From assembly GCA_964648365.1 (NCBI GenBank), contig CAZYLK010000006.1, forward strand, positions 2,322 to 66,321: a stretch of DNA of 64,000 nt, written 5' to 3'. Of this stretch, positions 16,525 through 25,196 are shown piece by piece. Position 1 is the stretch's first letter. Each line of letters opens with the position of its first letter. The stretch comes from an uncultured Phycisphaeraceae bacterium. Its GTDB lineage: Bacteria > Planctomycetota > Phycisphaerae > UBA1845. The notes beneath the pieces were generated by a model. It did no database searches. It saw nothing but the letters and a program-made list of their open reading frames with translations, and had not been told where the DNA came from. The position numbers and the translations under genes are program-made.

Positions 16525-18312
16525 ATGGGGGCGGAAGCCGTCGTCGTACTCGTCGTTCTGCTGATCGTCTTCCTTTTCCTGGCACTGACGTCACTTCCAG
16601 CCGACGCGGTCTGCGTCGGCGGTCTGACGCTGCTGCTGGTCTTTCCCGTGCCGGGTACGTGGAAACCTGTGCTCTCCATTCCAGACGGGCTGGCGGGCTT
16701 CGGAAACGAGGCCATGGCGACGGTGGGCGTGCTCTTCGTCGTCGTGGCCGGCCTGCGGGCCACCGGCGCGATCGACTGGCTGGCCCACCGGGTGCTCGGC
16801 CGCCCGCGCGGCGTACGCGGCGCGCTGGTTCGGGTCATCCTGCCGGTGTGCGGCATGAGCGCCTTTCTGAACAACACGCCCGTGGTGGCCATGCTCATCC
16901 CGGCCGTCAGCGACTGGGCAAAACGGCTGCGACTCAGCCCCTCCAAGCTCATGCTGCCCCTGAGCTACGCGGCCATCCTGGGCGGCACCTGCTCGCTGAT
17001 CGGCACCAGCACCAACCTGGTGGTCAACGGCCTGATGACGGCGGCCACCGATCGGCCGTCGCTGGGGATGTTTGACATCGCGTGGATCGGCGTGCCCTGC
17101 GCGCTCGTCGGGTTCGGCTTCCTGGTGATTCTCGGCCCGAGGATGCTTCCCGACCGCGGAGTCTCCGCGCCGCTGGCGGACCCGCGGGAATACACCGCCG
17201 AGATGATCGTCCCGCCCGGCAGCGCCCTGGTGGGGCAGACGATCGAGGAAGGCGGCCTGCGCAGCCTCCCCGGCGCGTTTCTGGTCGAGATCGAACGCGG
17301 CGAGGAAAGCATCGTCGCGGTCGGCCCCGATCAACTGATTCACGCGGGCGACCGGCTGGTGTTTGCCGGGGTGGTTGAGTCAATCCGCGACCTGCAGAAT
17401 CTGCGCGGCCTGGCCCCGGCCACCGACCAGGTGTTCAAACTGGATGCCCCGCGGCACCGCCGCTGCCTGTTTGAGGTGGTCGTTTCCGACTCCTGTCCCA
17501 TCGTCGGGCAGACCATTCGGGAAGGGCGATTTCGGACGGTGTACAACGCGGCCGTGCTGGCCGTCGCCCGAAATGGCGAGCGGCTCAGCGGCAAGATCGG
17601 CGACATCCAACTCCGCGCCGGCGACATGCTCTTGCTGGAAGCCAAGCCCTCGTTCGAAACCCAGCAGCGACACAGCCGCGATTTCTTTCTGACCCGGCCG
17701 ATCGAAGACTCGACGCCGCGCCGGCACGACCGCGCCCTGATCGCGATCGGGATTCTCGTGGCCATGGTCGCCCTGGCCACGCTCGGCTGGCTGAGCATGA
17801 TTCAGGCCGGCTTGCTGGCGGCCGGGATGATGATCATCACCCGCTGCTGCTCCACCGCCACCGCCCGCCAGAGCGTCGAATGGCCCGTGCTGATCGTCAT
17901 CGGCGCCGCGCTCGGGTTCGGCAAGGCGCTGGACGTGTCGGGCGCCGCCCGCGCCATCGCGGACGCCGTGGTCGGCACCGCGGGCAGTCACCCCTGGCTG
18001 GCGCTGGCCGCGGTGTATCTGGTCACGTCGATCCTGACCGAGGTCATCACGAACAACGCGGCCGTGGCGCTTGTCTTTCCCATCGCAATGGCCACGTCGC
18101 AGCAATTGGGCGTAGACTTTCAGCCCTTCATTATGGCGATCATGATGGCTGGTTCCGCCAGCTTCGCCACGCCGCTGGGCTATCAGACCAACCTGATGGT
18201 CTACGGCCCCGGCGGCTACGTCTTCAGCGACTATCTGCGCATCGGCATCCCGATGAACCTGTTGATGGCCGTGACTTCCATCACGTTGATTCCGCTGATC
18301 TGGAAGTTCTGA
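16525..18312 (+). CDS. DASS/SLC13-type anion permease with two TrkA-C (RCK_C) domains
   Basis: Many TM helices flank two soluble repeats (GQTIEEGGLRSLPGAFLVEIERGEE and GQTIREGRFRTVYNAAVLAVARNGE). Confidence 0.8.
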   Translation: MGAEAVVVLVVLLIVFLFLALTSLPADAVCVGGLTLLLVFPVPGTWKPVLSIPDGLAGFGNEAMATVGVLFVVVAGLRATGAIDWLAHRVLGRPRGVRGALVRVILPVCGMSAFLNNTPVVAMLIPAVSDWAKRLRLSPSKLMLPLSYAAILGGTCSLIGTSTNLVVNGLMTAATDRPSLGMFDIAWIGVPCALVGFGFLVILGPRMLPDRGVSAPLADPREYTAEMIVPPGSALVGQTIEEGGLRSLPGAFLVEIERGEESIVAVGPDQLIHAGDRLVFAGVVESIRDLQNLRGLAPATDQVFKLDAPRHRRCLFEVVVSDSCPIVGQTIREGRFRTVYNAAVLAVARNGERLSGKIGDIQLRAGDMLLLEAKPSFETQQRHSRDFFLTRPIEDSTPRRHDRALIAIGILVAMVALATLGWLSMIQAGLLAAGMMIITRCCSTATARQSVEWPVLIVIGAALGFGKALDVSGAARAIADAVVGTAGSHPWLALAAVYLVTSILTEVITNNAAVALVFPIAMATSQQLGVDFQPFIMAIMMAGSASFATPLGYQTNLMVYGPGGYVFSDYLRIGIPMNLLMAVTSITLIPLIWKF

Positions 18313-18332
18313 GACGGCCTGACGCGAGGGTG

Positions 18333-20045
18333 TCAGACGACGCGCAGAACGGGACGTTCGACGTCGTCGACCAACTGGAGCAGGTCGTTCATCTGCCGCA
18401 GCAGGCGCGAGTCCGGCGCCGGAGCTTCGCGATCGGAATCGCCGGAATCCGGGTTGACGGGATGGGCCAGCGTCCGCAGGTCGCGCAGCGCTCCACGCGT
18501 TCCGGCCAGCAGCCGTGCGAGCTTCTCGTTCCCCACGCGGCGATCCGACTCGACGTGCGGTCCGACGACCGCAGCGCCGTTCCCACCCGCCAGCGCGCGC
18601 CGCGGCGCGGAAGCGGTCGCGGACGCCAGGGATACCAGTTGGTGCTCCAGCCGGTCGAAGAGCTGGCGAACCAGCGTCGCCAGTTGCTCGGCCCGCTCGG
18701 CCTGCCCGTGAAGCTGCTGATACGCGGCTCTGCCCTGCCGTTCGGCCCGGTCGGCCCGTGCCGTCGTGTCGTTGAGCCGCGCAATCACAGCCCGCGTCTG
18801 CTCCAGCGTCACCTTGATCAGCGCGCTGAGCTTGTGCGCCTGCCGGTGACTGGCCTCTACCGATTGGCGCGACGCACGGTGTTCCTCCACGAGGCGCTTC
18901 GCCTCGTCGCAGGCGGCGTTGAGGTCATCCAGCGTCCGCCGGGCAACGTCCGACGGAGACGCCGCCATCCGTTTCAACCGAATGGTGTCGTCCCGAAGCG
19001 CGTGAACCTGACCCGCGAGGGCTTGCACGGAAGCCGCAAGACGGTCGTAGCGGGGATCCAACGCCGCCGGCGCGGGTGCCATCGGCCGCTCCACCGGAGG
19101 TGGAACGTGGAAGTCGTGCTGCGGCGCCGCATCACCAGCGTCCGTCAGCGCCCGGGCCGCGCGGCCTTCGCCGAACGCTCGATCGTCACCGGACTCGGTG
19201 CCTCCACGCCCGGCAACGTCGGTGGTTGAGGACGTCTCGACCAGAAGCTGCTCGACGACACGCTTCATGAACGCGCCGTCGACGCATCGCTCGCCGCCGG
19301 AGTAGGCCGCCAGCAAAGCGTTGTCGCAGACGGTGTTGATAAGGCGCGGCAGACCCTGGGAGTACGCGTGGACGTGATCAATCGCTTCATCCTGAAAAAT
19401 CATCGCGTCGGGCGCGGCCCCGGCGACTGCGAGTCGATGCCGGACGTAGTCGCCCGTCAGCGCGCGGCTGAGCGCGGTCAGGTGGAAACTGCGGAAGATG
19501 CGCTGATGAAGCTGGCGCAGCCGGGTCGAGCGGATGATCTCCTGGAGTTCAGGCTGGCCGAGGATGACGATCTGAAGCAGCTTTGCGTCGTCGGCCTCGA
19601 GATTGCCGATCATCCGAAGCTGCTCGAATGCCTCAATGGACAGGTTCTGGGCCTCGTCGAGCACCAGGACCACCGGCCGGTTGTTGGCGAACTCCGCCAG
19701 CAGATGGTCGTGCAGAATGCGCACCAGCGAGGCGTTGCTGGCTTGCTCGGGGACGGTCAGGCCGAACTCGGCGCACACCGACTCCATCAGATCGACCGCG
19801 CTCCGGGTTGAATGGGTGATGTTGGCGTAGGCGATGCGCTCGCCGAACTGGCGCATCATCATGCGCGAGACCAGCGTCTTGCCGGTGCCGACTTCGCCGG
19901 TCAGCAGGACGCAGCCCTTCATCTCCTGCACGGCGTAGACAAGCGACGCCAGGGCCTCCTCGTGATCCGGCGTGGAAAAGAAGAAGCGCGGATCGGGCGT
20001 GTTGTTGAACGGCATCAGCGTAAGGCCGAAGTAGTCCGAATACAT
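18333..20045 (-). CDS. ExeA/GspA-like AAA ATPase with a long coiled-coil C-terminus
   Basis: From ATG 20045 it reads YSDYFGLTLMPFNNTPDPRFFF, with Walker A GEVGTGKT and Walker B VLVLDEAQNL. The listed ORF start at 20366 would overlap the divergent gene. Confidence 0.75.
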   Translation of the reverse strand: MYSDYFGLTLMPFNNTPDPRFFFSTPDHEEALASLVYAVQEMKGCVLLTGEVGTGKTLVSRMMMRQFGERIAYANITHSTRSAVDLMESVCAEFGLTVPEQASNASLVRILHDHLLAEFANNRPVVLVLDEAQNLSIEAFEQLRMIGNLEADDAKLLQIVILGQPELQEIIRSTRLRQLHQRIFRSFHLTALSRALTGDYVRHRLAVAGAAPDAMIFQDEAIDHVHAYSQGLPRLINTVCDNALLAAYSGGERCVDGAFMKRVVEQLLVETSSTTDVAGRGGTESGDDRAFGEGRAARALTDAGDAAPQHDFHVPPPVERPMAPAPAALDPRYDRLAASVQALAGQVHALRDDTIRLKRMAASPSDVARRTLDDLNAACDEAKRLVEEHRASRQSVEASHRQAHKLSALIKVTLEQTRAVIARLNDTTARADRAERQGRAAYQQLHGQAERAEQLATLVRQLFDRLEHQLVSLASATASAPRRALAGGNGAAVVGPHVESDRRVGNEKLARLLAGTRGALRDLRTLAHPVNPDSGDSDREAPAPDSRLLRQMNDLLQLVDDVERPVLRVV

Positions 20046-20197
20046 GCGTCGATCCTGATCGCCGGCGCCGCCGCGGAACGGGCGCCGGCCCGGTCGAAAC
20101 GTACGGGGCACCGCGCGTATATCGGTCTCTGGCGAACGGCCCTTAAGGCGGAGGGGGGCGGTTCTCGGACCTCCTGCCGCCCCGCCGCCCGTTAAAA

Positions 20198-20231
20198 CCG
20201 CCGGAAGCGGGCAATTCCGGCGGATCGTTTT
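20198..20231 (+). promoter_or_regulatory. terminator-like hairpin in the leader/divergent region upstream of the OPX gene
   Basis: CCGCCGGAA-GCGGGCAA-TTCCGGCGG is a perfect 9-bp stem, followed by ATCGTTTT and preceded by TTAAAA. Confidence 0.35.
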
Positions 20232-20335
20232 CAGACGGTGCAGACGCCACCCGATAAACCGAACGGATTGGATTCGGACGGCCCGCGGCGCGACGATCAA
20301 CGTGCGTTGCGCCGGCGTCGTCCACGACCCCGAGG

Positions 20336-21142
20336 GTGGCGGCCATGGCCCGTCGAAAACGAGCACGCCTGATCCTGACCGCCGTCAGCGGCGCCGCACT
20401 GCTGAGCGGCTGCTCGGCCCGCAACGAGGACATCCTTGATTTCCTCCAGGCGCACAAACACGAGGTCTCGGCGATCGAGTACCGCGTCGGCATCCCCGAT
20501 GCGATCTCCATCAGCTCTCCCCGGATCCTGGAAATTGACGGCGTCATGCAGACGATCAAGCCGGACGGCAAAATCACCCTCCGTCTGCTCGGCGACGTCC
20601 GCGTCGTGGGTCTGACGACCAAGGAGATCGCACGCAAGATCGAGGTGCTGCTCTCGCGGTACTACGTCGATCCCAAGGTCAGCGTCACGATCACGAACTA
20701 CGCCAGCAAGAAATACTACGTCTTCAACGAATCCGGCGCCGGCGGCTACGTACCCTACACCGGCCGCGACACCATTCTGGACGTGGTCGCGGGGGCGGGA
20801 ACGTCGTTTCTGTCCTGGACCAGCCACGTGGAAGTGACCCGCCCGCATCCGACCGAGGAGGGCCGGCGCGTCATCCGGGTCGACGTCGAGAAGATGCTGA
20901 AAACCGGGGACACCAGCGCCAACATTCTGATTGAACCGGACGACATCGTCCGCATCCCGCCGACGCCGGTGGCGTGGCTGGGCTTCAAGATCCGCGAACT
21001 GCTGTGGCCGATCTCGCCGGTGCTGGAGGCGTACACGCAGCCGGCACGTGTGGCCGCGGCGAAGGACGTCTATGACGACGATGATGATGACGGCGGCAAC
21101 AGCGGGCAGAACGGCATTACGATCACCGGACGCCTGCCGTGA
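20336..21142 (+). CDS. polysaccharide export (OPX/Wza-like) lipoprotein, short form
   Basis: It has the lipobox LLSGC and a Poly_export-like segment (EYRVGIPDAISISS...IKPDGKITLRLLGDVRVVGLT), then an SLBB-like region. The C-terminus has an acidic run (DDDDDD). Confidence 0.8.
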   Translation: MAAMARRKRARLILTAVSGAALLSGCSARNEDILDFLQAHKHEVSAIEYRVGIPDAISISSPRILEIDGVMQTIKPDGKITLRLLGDVRVVGLTTKEIARKIEVLLSRYYVDPKVSVTITNYASKKYYVFNESGAGGYVPYTGRDTILDVVAGAGTSFLSWTSHVEVTRPHPTEEGRRVIRVDVEKMLKTGDTSANILIEPDDIVRIPPTPVAWLGFKIRELLWPISPVLEAYTQPARVAAAKDVYDDDDDDGGNSGQNGITITGRLP

Positions 21143-21248
21143 CAGGGGCCGCGAGTTGAGACGTACGCGAGTGGCCCGCTCGGCCGCGTGCGGTCCAGGC
21201 CGGACCGCAAGGATCGTCGGCCGCAGGCGACGCAACGGATAGCGCTCC

Positions 21249-22160
21249 ATGGGAAGAATCGCTGACGCACTGAAACGCGCCGAAATGGAGCGCCGTACCG
21301 CGCTGGGCCAGGACGGCGGCCTGCTCGACACCGCAACCGCGCTGTGCGAGCCGCCGTCGCGACCCGCCGCGATCCTCACGGCGCCCTATGCGCCTCCGCC
21401 GGCCGCCGACGACAACGACGAGCCGGTCCGACTCGTCGACGGCATGAGCGAGGCGCTGGTCGCCTACTACGCCAAGTCGTCGCTGATCAGCGAGCAGTAC
21501 CGCTCCCTGCGCACGCGGCTGCTCAGCCAGAACCCGCAGGGCGAACACAAGATTCTGGCCATTACCAGCGCCATCCCGAAGGAAGGCAAGAGCGTCACCA
21601 CGCTGAACCTCGGCTGCACGCTCGCGGAAATCCGTCACCTGAAAGTGCTGGTCGTCGATGGCGACTTCCGCCGCAGTTCGCTGCGGTCCATGCTGAACGT
21701 CAAGAACGGACCCGGTCTGGCCGACGTGCTCGCCGGAACCGCCAGCTACGAAGACGTCATCCAGTCCACGCCGATTCCCAACCTGTACTTCATCAGCGCC
21801 GGACGCACCAACGGACGCTCCGCGGCCGAACTGCTCAGCGCCCGCAACTGCCGCCAGGTCTTCCGCATGATGCAGGCGCAGTTTCATTACACCATCGTCG
21901 ATACGCCGCCGGCCACGACCGTGACCGACGCCGGCATCATCGGGCAGATGTGCAACGGCGTGATCGTCATCGTGCGACTCAACCACACGCACGAAAGCTC
22001 GACCAAGCGCGCCGTCCGCCTCTTGCAGTCGAACAACATTCCGATCCTGGGGTGCCTGATCATCGGCCGCGACCGGCCCTTCATCGGCTACGGATACGGA
22101 TACGGCTACAACTACTACCGCTACTACGACTACTACCGCAAGGCGGAGGAGAAGCGGTGA
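21249..22160 (+). CDS. CpsD/CapB-type bacterial tyrosine kinase (BY-kinase), cytosolic domain only
   Basis: Walker A is SAIPKEGKS, Walker A' is VLVVDGDFRR and Walker B is YTIVDTPP. The C-terminal Tyr cluster is GYGYGYGYNYYRYYDYY. Confidence 0.85.
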   Translation: MGRIADALKRAEMERRTALGQDGGLLDTATALCEPPSRPAAILTAPYAPPPAADDNDEPVRLVDGMSEALVAYYAKSSLISEQYRSLRTRLLSQNPQGEHKILAITSAIPKEGKSVTTLNLGCTLAEIRHLKVLVVDGDFRRSSLRSMLNVKNGPGLADVLAGTASYEDVIQSTPIPNLYFISAGRTNGRSAAELLSARNCRQVFRMMQAQFHYTIVDTPPATTVTDAGIIGQMCNGVIVIVRLNHTHESSTKRAVRLLQSNNIPILGCLIIGRDRPFIGYGYGYGYNYYRYYDYYRKAEEKR

Positions 22161-23491
22161 ACCCCGGGGCATCCCGCTGCGAACAACCCGACCCGCCCGC
22201 CGTCACGGAAGCGCCGGCGCTTCAGGGACGGCTCATCGTCTGCGTCGCAAGCTGCTGGAACTACGATCCCACCAGCAAGCACCAGATCATGAAGCGCCTG
22301 GCGCGGCATAACGACATCCTGTGGATCAACTATCGCGGCACCCGCCGACCGGCGCTGAACGGCAGCGACCTGCGCGGCATCGTCAGCACGCTTGGCCGCG
22401 TCGCACGCGGCATCGAGAGCGTCGACGCCGGAGTGCGGCAGTTGACGCCGCTGGTCATCCCCGGCGCCGGCGGACCCTGGCTGGGCGCCGCGCAGCGCCG
22501 GCTGCTGGTCTCCCAGGTCCGCCGCGCGGCCCGTCGCACCCGCCGAAACCCTGACCAGCCCGTGCAGATATGGTCGTTCGCGCCTGACGTGCCGTACCTG
22601 GCAGGTACGCTCGACGAAGAAGTCTTCGTGTACTACTGCGTAGATGAATTCGCGAAGTTTGAAGGGGTCGACGCGGACTACATCCGACGGCTCGAACGCC
22701 AGACGCTCGACGCCGCCGACGTCGTCATCGCCAGCTCGGCCCAGCTCGCCCACGTCAAGGGACGCATCCGCGACGACATCCACCTCGTTCGCCACGGCGT
22801 CGAGTTCGATCACTTCGCCCGCGCCTGGCGCGAGACCGGCCCAAGGCCGGCGGACATGCCGGACAACAACCGCCCGACGCTCGGCTTCTTCGGCCTCGTC
22901 CATCACTGGGTCGATGTTGAACTGCTGACGAATCTCGCCCGGCTGCGGCCGCAGTACAACATCGTCATCATTGGCGACTGCAAGGTGGACGTCTCCGCTC
23001 TGGCCGCTCAGCCGAACGTCTCGTTGCTGGGCCGCAAGCCGTACGCGTCGCTGCCCGACTATTGTCGATGGTTCGACGCGGCCCTGCTGCCCTTCGTCTG
23101 CGGGCCGTCCACGCACGAGATCAACCCGATCAAGCTCCGCGAATACCTGGCCGCCGGTCTGCGGACGATCGCCACACCGCTGCCGGAAGCCATCCGATAC
23201 CGCGGCGTGGTCCGCTTCGCCGATCCGCGCGGCGGACTCATCGGCGCAGAACGCTACGCCGCCACGTGCGATTCCGCGCTTGATGCGGCCACGTCATCCG
23301 CGCCCGACGCAAACCGCGCCGCCCGCGAGCGCATCGCCGCAACCGTAGCGGCCGAATCGTGGGACGGCGTCGTCGAACGATTGGCGGCCATCGTTGCGGA
23401 CGTGCGCATCACGAAAACGGCCACCGCGCCCGCGCGCACGCTGACGCCGACCCGGCGGCCCGCCGCCCGCTCGCTCGCCCTTCCGGCGTGA
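22157..23491 (+). CDS. glycosyltransferase (GT-B fold, GT1/GT4-like)
   Basis: The GTG at 22157 overlaps the BY-kinase stop (GTGA). Motifs include GFFGLVHHWVD, LLGRKPYASLPDY and INPIKLREYLAAG. The 5' part of the listed ORF 21344.. is an out-of-frame overlap. Confidence 0.6.
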   Translation: MNPGASRCEQPDPPAVTEAPALQGRLIVCVASCWNYDPTSKHQIMKRLARHNDILWINYRGTRRPALNGSDLRGIVSTLGRVARGIESVDAGVRQLTPLVIPGAGGPWLGAAQRRLLVSQVRRAARRTRRNPDQPVQIWSFAPDVPYLAGTLDEEVFVYYCVDEFAKFEGVDADYIRRLERQTLDAADVVIASSAQLAHVKGRIRDDIHLVRHGVEFDHFARAWRETGPRPADMPDNNRPTLGFFGLVHHWVDVELLTNLARLRPQYNIVIIGDCKVDVSALAAQPNVSLLGRKPYASLPDYCRWFDAALLPFVCGPSTHEINPIKLREYLAAGLRTIATPLPEAIRYRGVVRFADPRGGLIGAERYAATCDSALDAATSSAPDANRAARERIAATVAAESWDGVVERLAAIVADVRITKTATAPARTLTPTRRPAARSLALPA

Positions 23492-23756
23492 CGTTTCACA
23501 ATCAATTCACAACGCCGATGCGCGGACGCCCTCCCGCAGACCGGCGCCGCGCACACGAGGCACGATCTCCGACGTCCGCGGCGCCCAGGCCGGGCGGAGC
23601 GCCGAGCGCCGTTTGTTCACACGACGCTCCGCGGCGTATCTTCCCCCTCGGCACGACGTTGCACCACGCGGCGCGCCGGATCCGATTTCTGCGGGAGTTA
23701 CCCGGTTGCAACGCGGGGGTGGCTCGGTCACTATCCGGCCGCGGAAGGAGACGCCC

Positions 23757-25163
23757 ATGTCCACGGCCCCGAAGGAAAAACCCGCAACCGGCAGCCAGCC
23801 CGCCGGCCGCGTCCCGCCCCAGGATCTCGACGCCGAAATGGCCCTGCTCGGCTCCATGATGATGGACCGCGAGACGGTGGGCCTGACGCTCCAGATCATC
23901 GGCCGCCACGACGTCAACTGGTTCTACCGGCCTGACCACCGCAAGCTCTTCGAAGTGCTGGTCGACATCTATGACCAGAACCTGCCCATCGACCTGGTGC
24001 TGGTATCGGACGAGCTGCGCCGCCGCGGGCTCATGGACGAGATTGGCGGCGAGGACTACATGATCCAGCTTGCGGAGAGCTTCTCCGACTGGGCCAACGC
24101 CGAGCACTACGCCCGCGTTGTTCGCGACAAGGGCATGTTGCGCGATCTGATCCGCTGCACGCATGAAATCGCCGACGAAGCCTACACCGCGGCCGACGAA
24201 GCGAAGGTCATCCTCGACGAAGCGGAGCGCAAGCTGTTCGGCGTGACGGAAAGGCGCGTCTCGGGCACGGCGGTGCCGCTGTCGGAGACGCTCGCGCGGC
24301 TCGCCCGTCAGCTTGAAGCGCGCGGCGATGAGGGAATTCTGACCGGCGTACCGACGGGCTTCTACAAGCTCGACGAACTGACCAGCGGCTTCCAGTTCGG
24401 CGACCTGATCATCGTGGCCGCGCGCCCGTCCATGGGCAAGACGGCGCTGGGTTTGTCGATGGCCGAACACATGGCCGTCCACGAAGGCAAGCGCGTCGTC
24501 TTCTTCTCGATGGAAATGAGCAACGAGCAAGTCGCCCAGCGACTGCTGTGCAGCCACACCCGGTTCGACTCACACAAGCTGCGCCGCCGCATGTTGGGCG
24601 AGGATGACGCCCAGCGACTGATGATGGCCTGCGACGAACTGGCCCGGGCGGAATTCTACGTGGACGACACGCCGGGCATGACCGTGCTGGAACTGCGTTC
24701 CAAGGCACGGCGGCTGGCCATGCAACGGCACATCGACGCGGTGTTCATCGACTATCTCCAACTGATGCACTCGCCCGGCTCGGAGAGCCGCCAGGCGGAA
24801 GTCGCCGCCATCAGCCGCGGGCTTAAGTCGCTCGGTCGCGAACTCAACGTGCCGATCGTCGTCATGGCTCAGCTCAACCGAATGGCCGAGGAGCGCCAGG
24901 GCCATCGCCCCCGCATGAGCGACCTGCGCGAATCCGGCGCGATCGAACAGGACGCCGACGTCATTCTCCTGATCCACCGCGAGGAATACTACAAGCCCGA
25001 GGACGAGGCCGTGGCCGGCCTGGCCGAGATCATCATCGCCAAGCAGCGCAACGGCCCGACGGATACGGTCAAGGTCACGTTCAACAAGCGCTCGACGCGT
25101 TTCGAGAACTATGCCCCCGAGGCGGCCGCCATGAGCTACGCGGGCGGGCCGGCGCCCTTCTGA
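23757..25163 (+). CDS. dnaB: replicative DNA helicase DnaB
   Basis: It contains PPQDLDAEMALLGSMMMD, Walker A ARPSMGKTALGLS and IIAKQRNGPT. ATG 23757 is preceded by GGAAGGAG. Confidence 0.95.
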   Translation: MSTAPKEKPATGSQPAGRVPPQDLDAEMALLGSMMMDRETVGLTLQIIGRHDVNWFYRPDHRKLFEVLVDIYDQNLPIDLVLVSDELRRRGLMDEIGGEDYMIQLAESFSDWANAEHYARVVRDKGMLRDLIRCTHEIADEAYTAADEAKVILDEAERKLFGVTERRVSGTAVPLSETLARLARQLEARGDEGILTGVPTGFYKLDELTSGFQFGDLIIVAARPSMGKTALGLSMAEHMAVHEGKRVVFFSMEMSNEQVAQRLLCSHTRFDSHKLRRRMLGEDDAQRLMMACDELARAEFYVDDTPGMTVLELRSKARRLAMQRHIDAVFIDYLQLMHSPGSESRQAEVAAISRGLKSLGRELNVPIVVMAQLNRMAEERQGHRPRMSDLRESGAIEQDADVILLIHREEYYKPEDEAVAGLAEIIIAKQRNGPTDTVKVTFNKRSTRFENYAPEAAAMSYAGGPAPF

Positions 25164-25196
25164 CGCCGTGCGCAGTGCGACGCAGCCCGAGGCGTC

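Noticed and set aside
21344-22156. N-terminal 271 codons of the listed ORF 21344..23491.
   Set aside because: They overlap the well-supported BY-kinase gene out of frame and are Arg/Pro-rich. The glycosyltransferase more plausibly starts at GTG 22157, which overlaps the kinase stop.
23495-23512. Two TTCACAA direct repeats 11 bp apart upstream of dnaB, considered as DnaA boxes or an origin.
   Set aside because: They match only 7 of 9 positions of TTWTNCACA. There are just two copies, with no AT-rich unwinding element and no dnaA/dnaN nearby.
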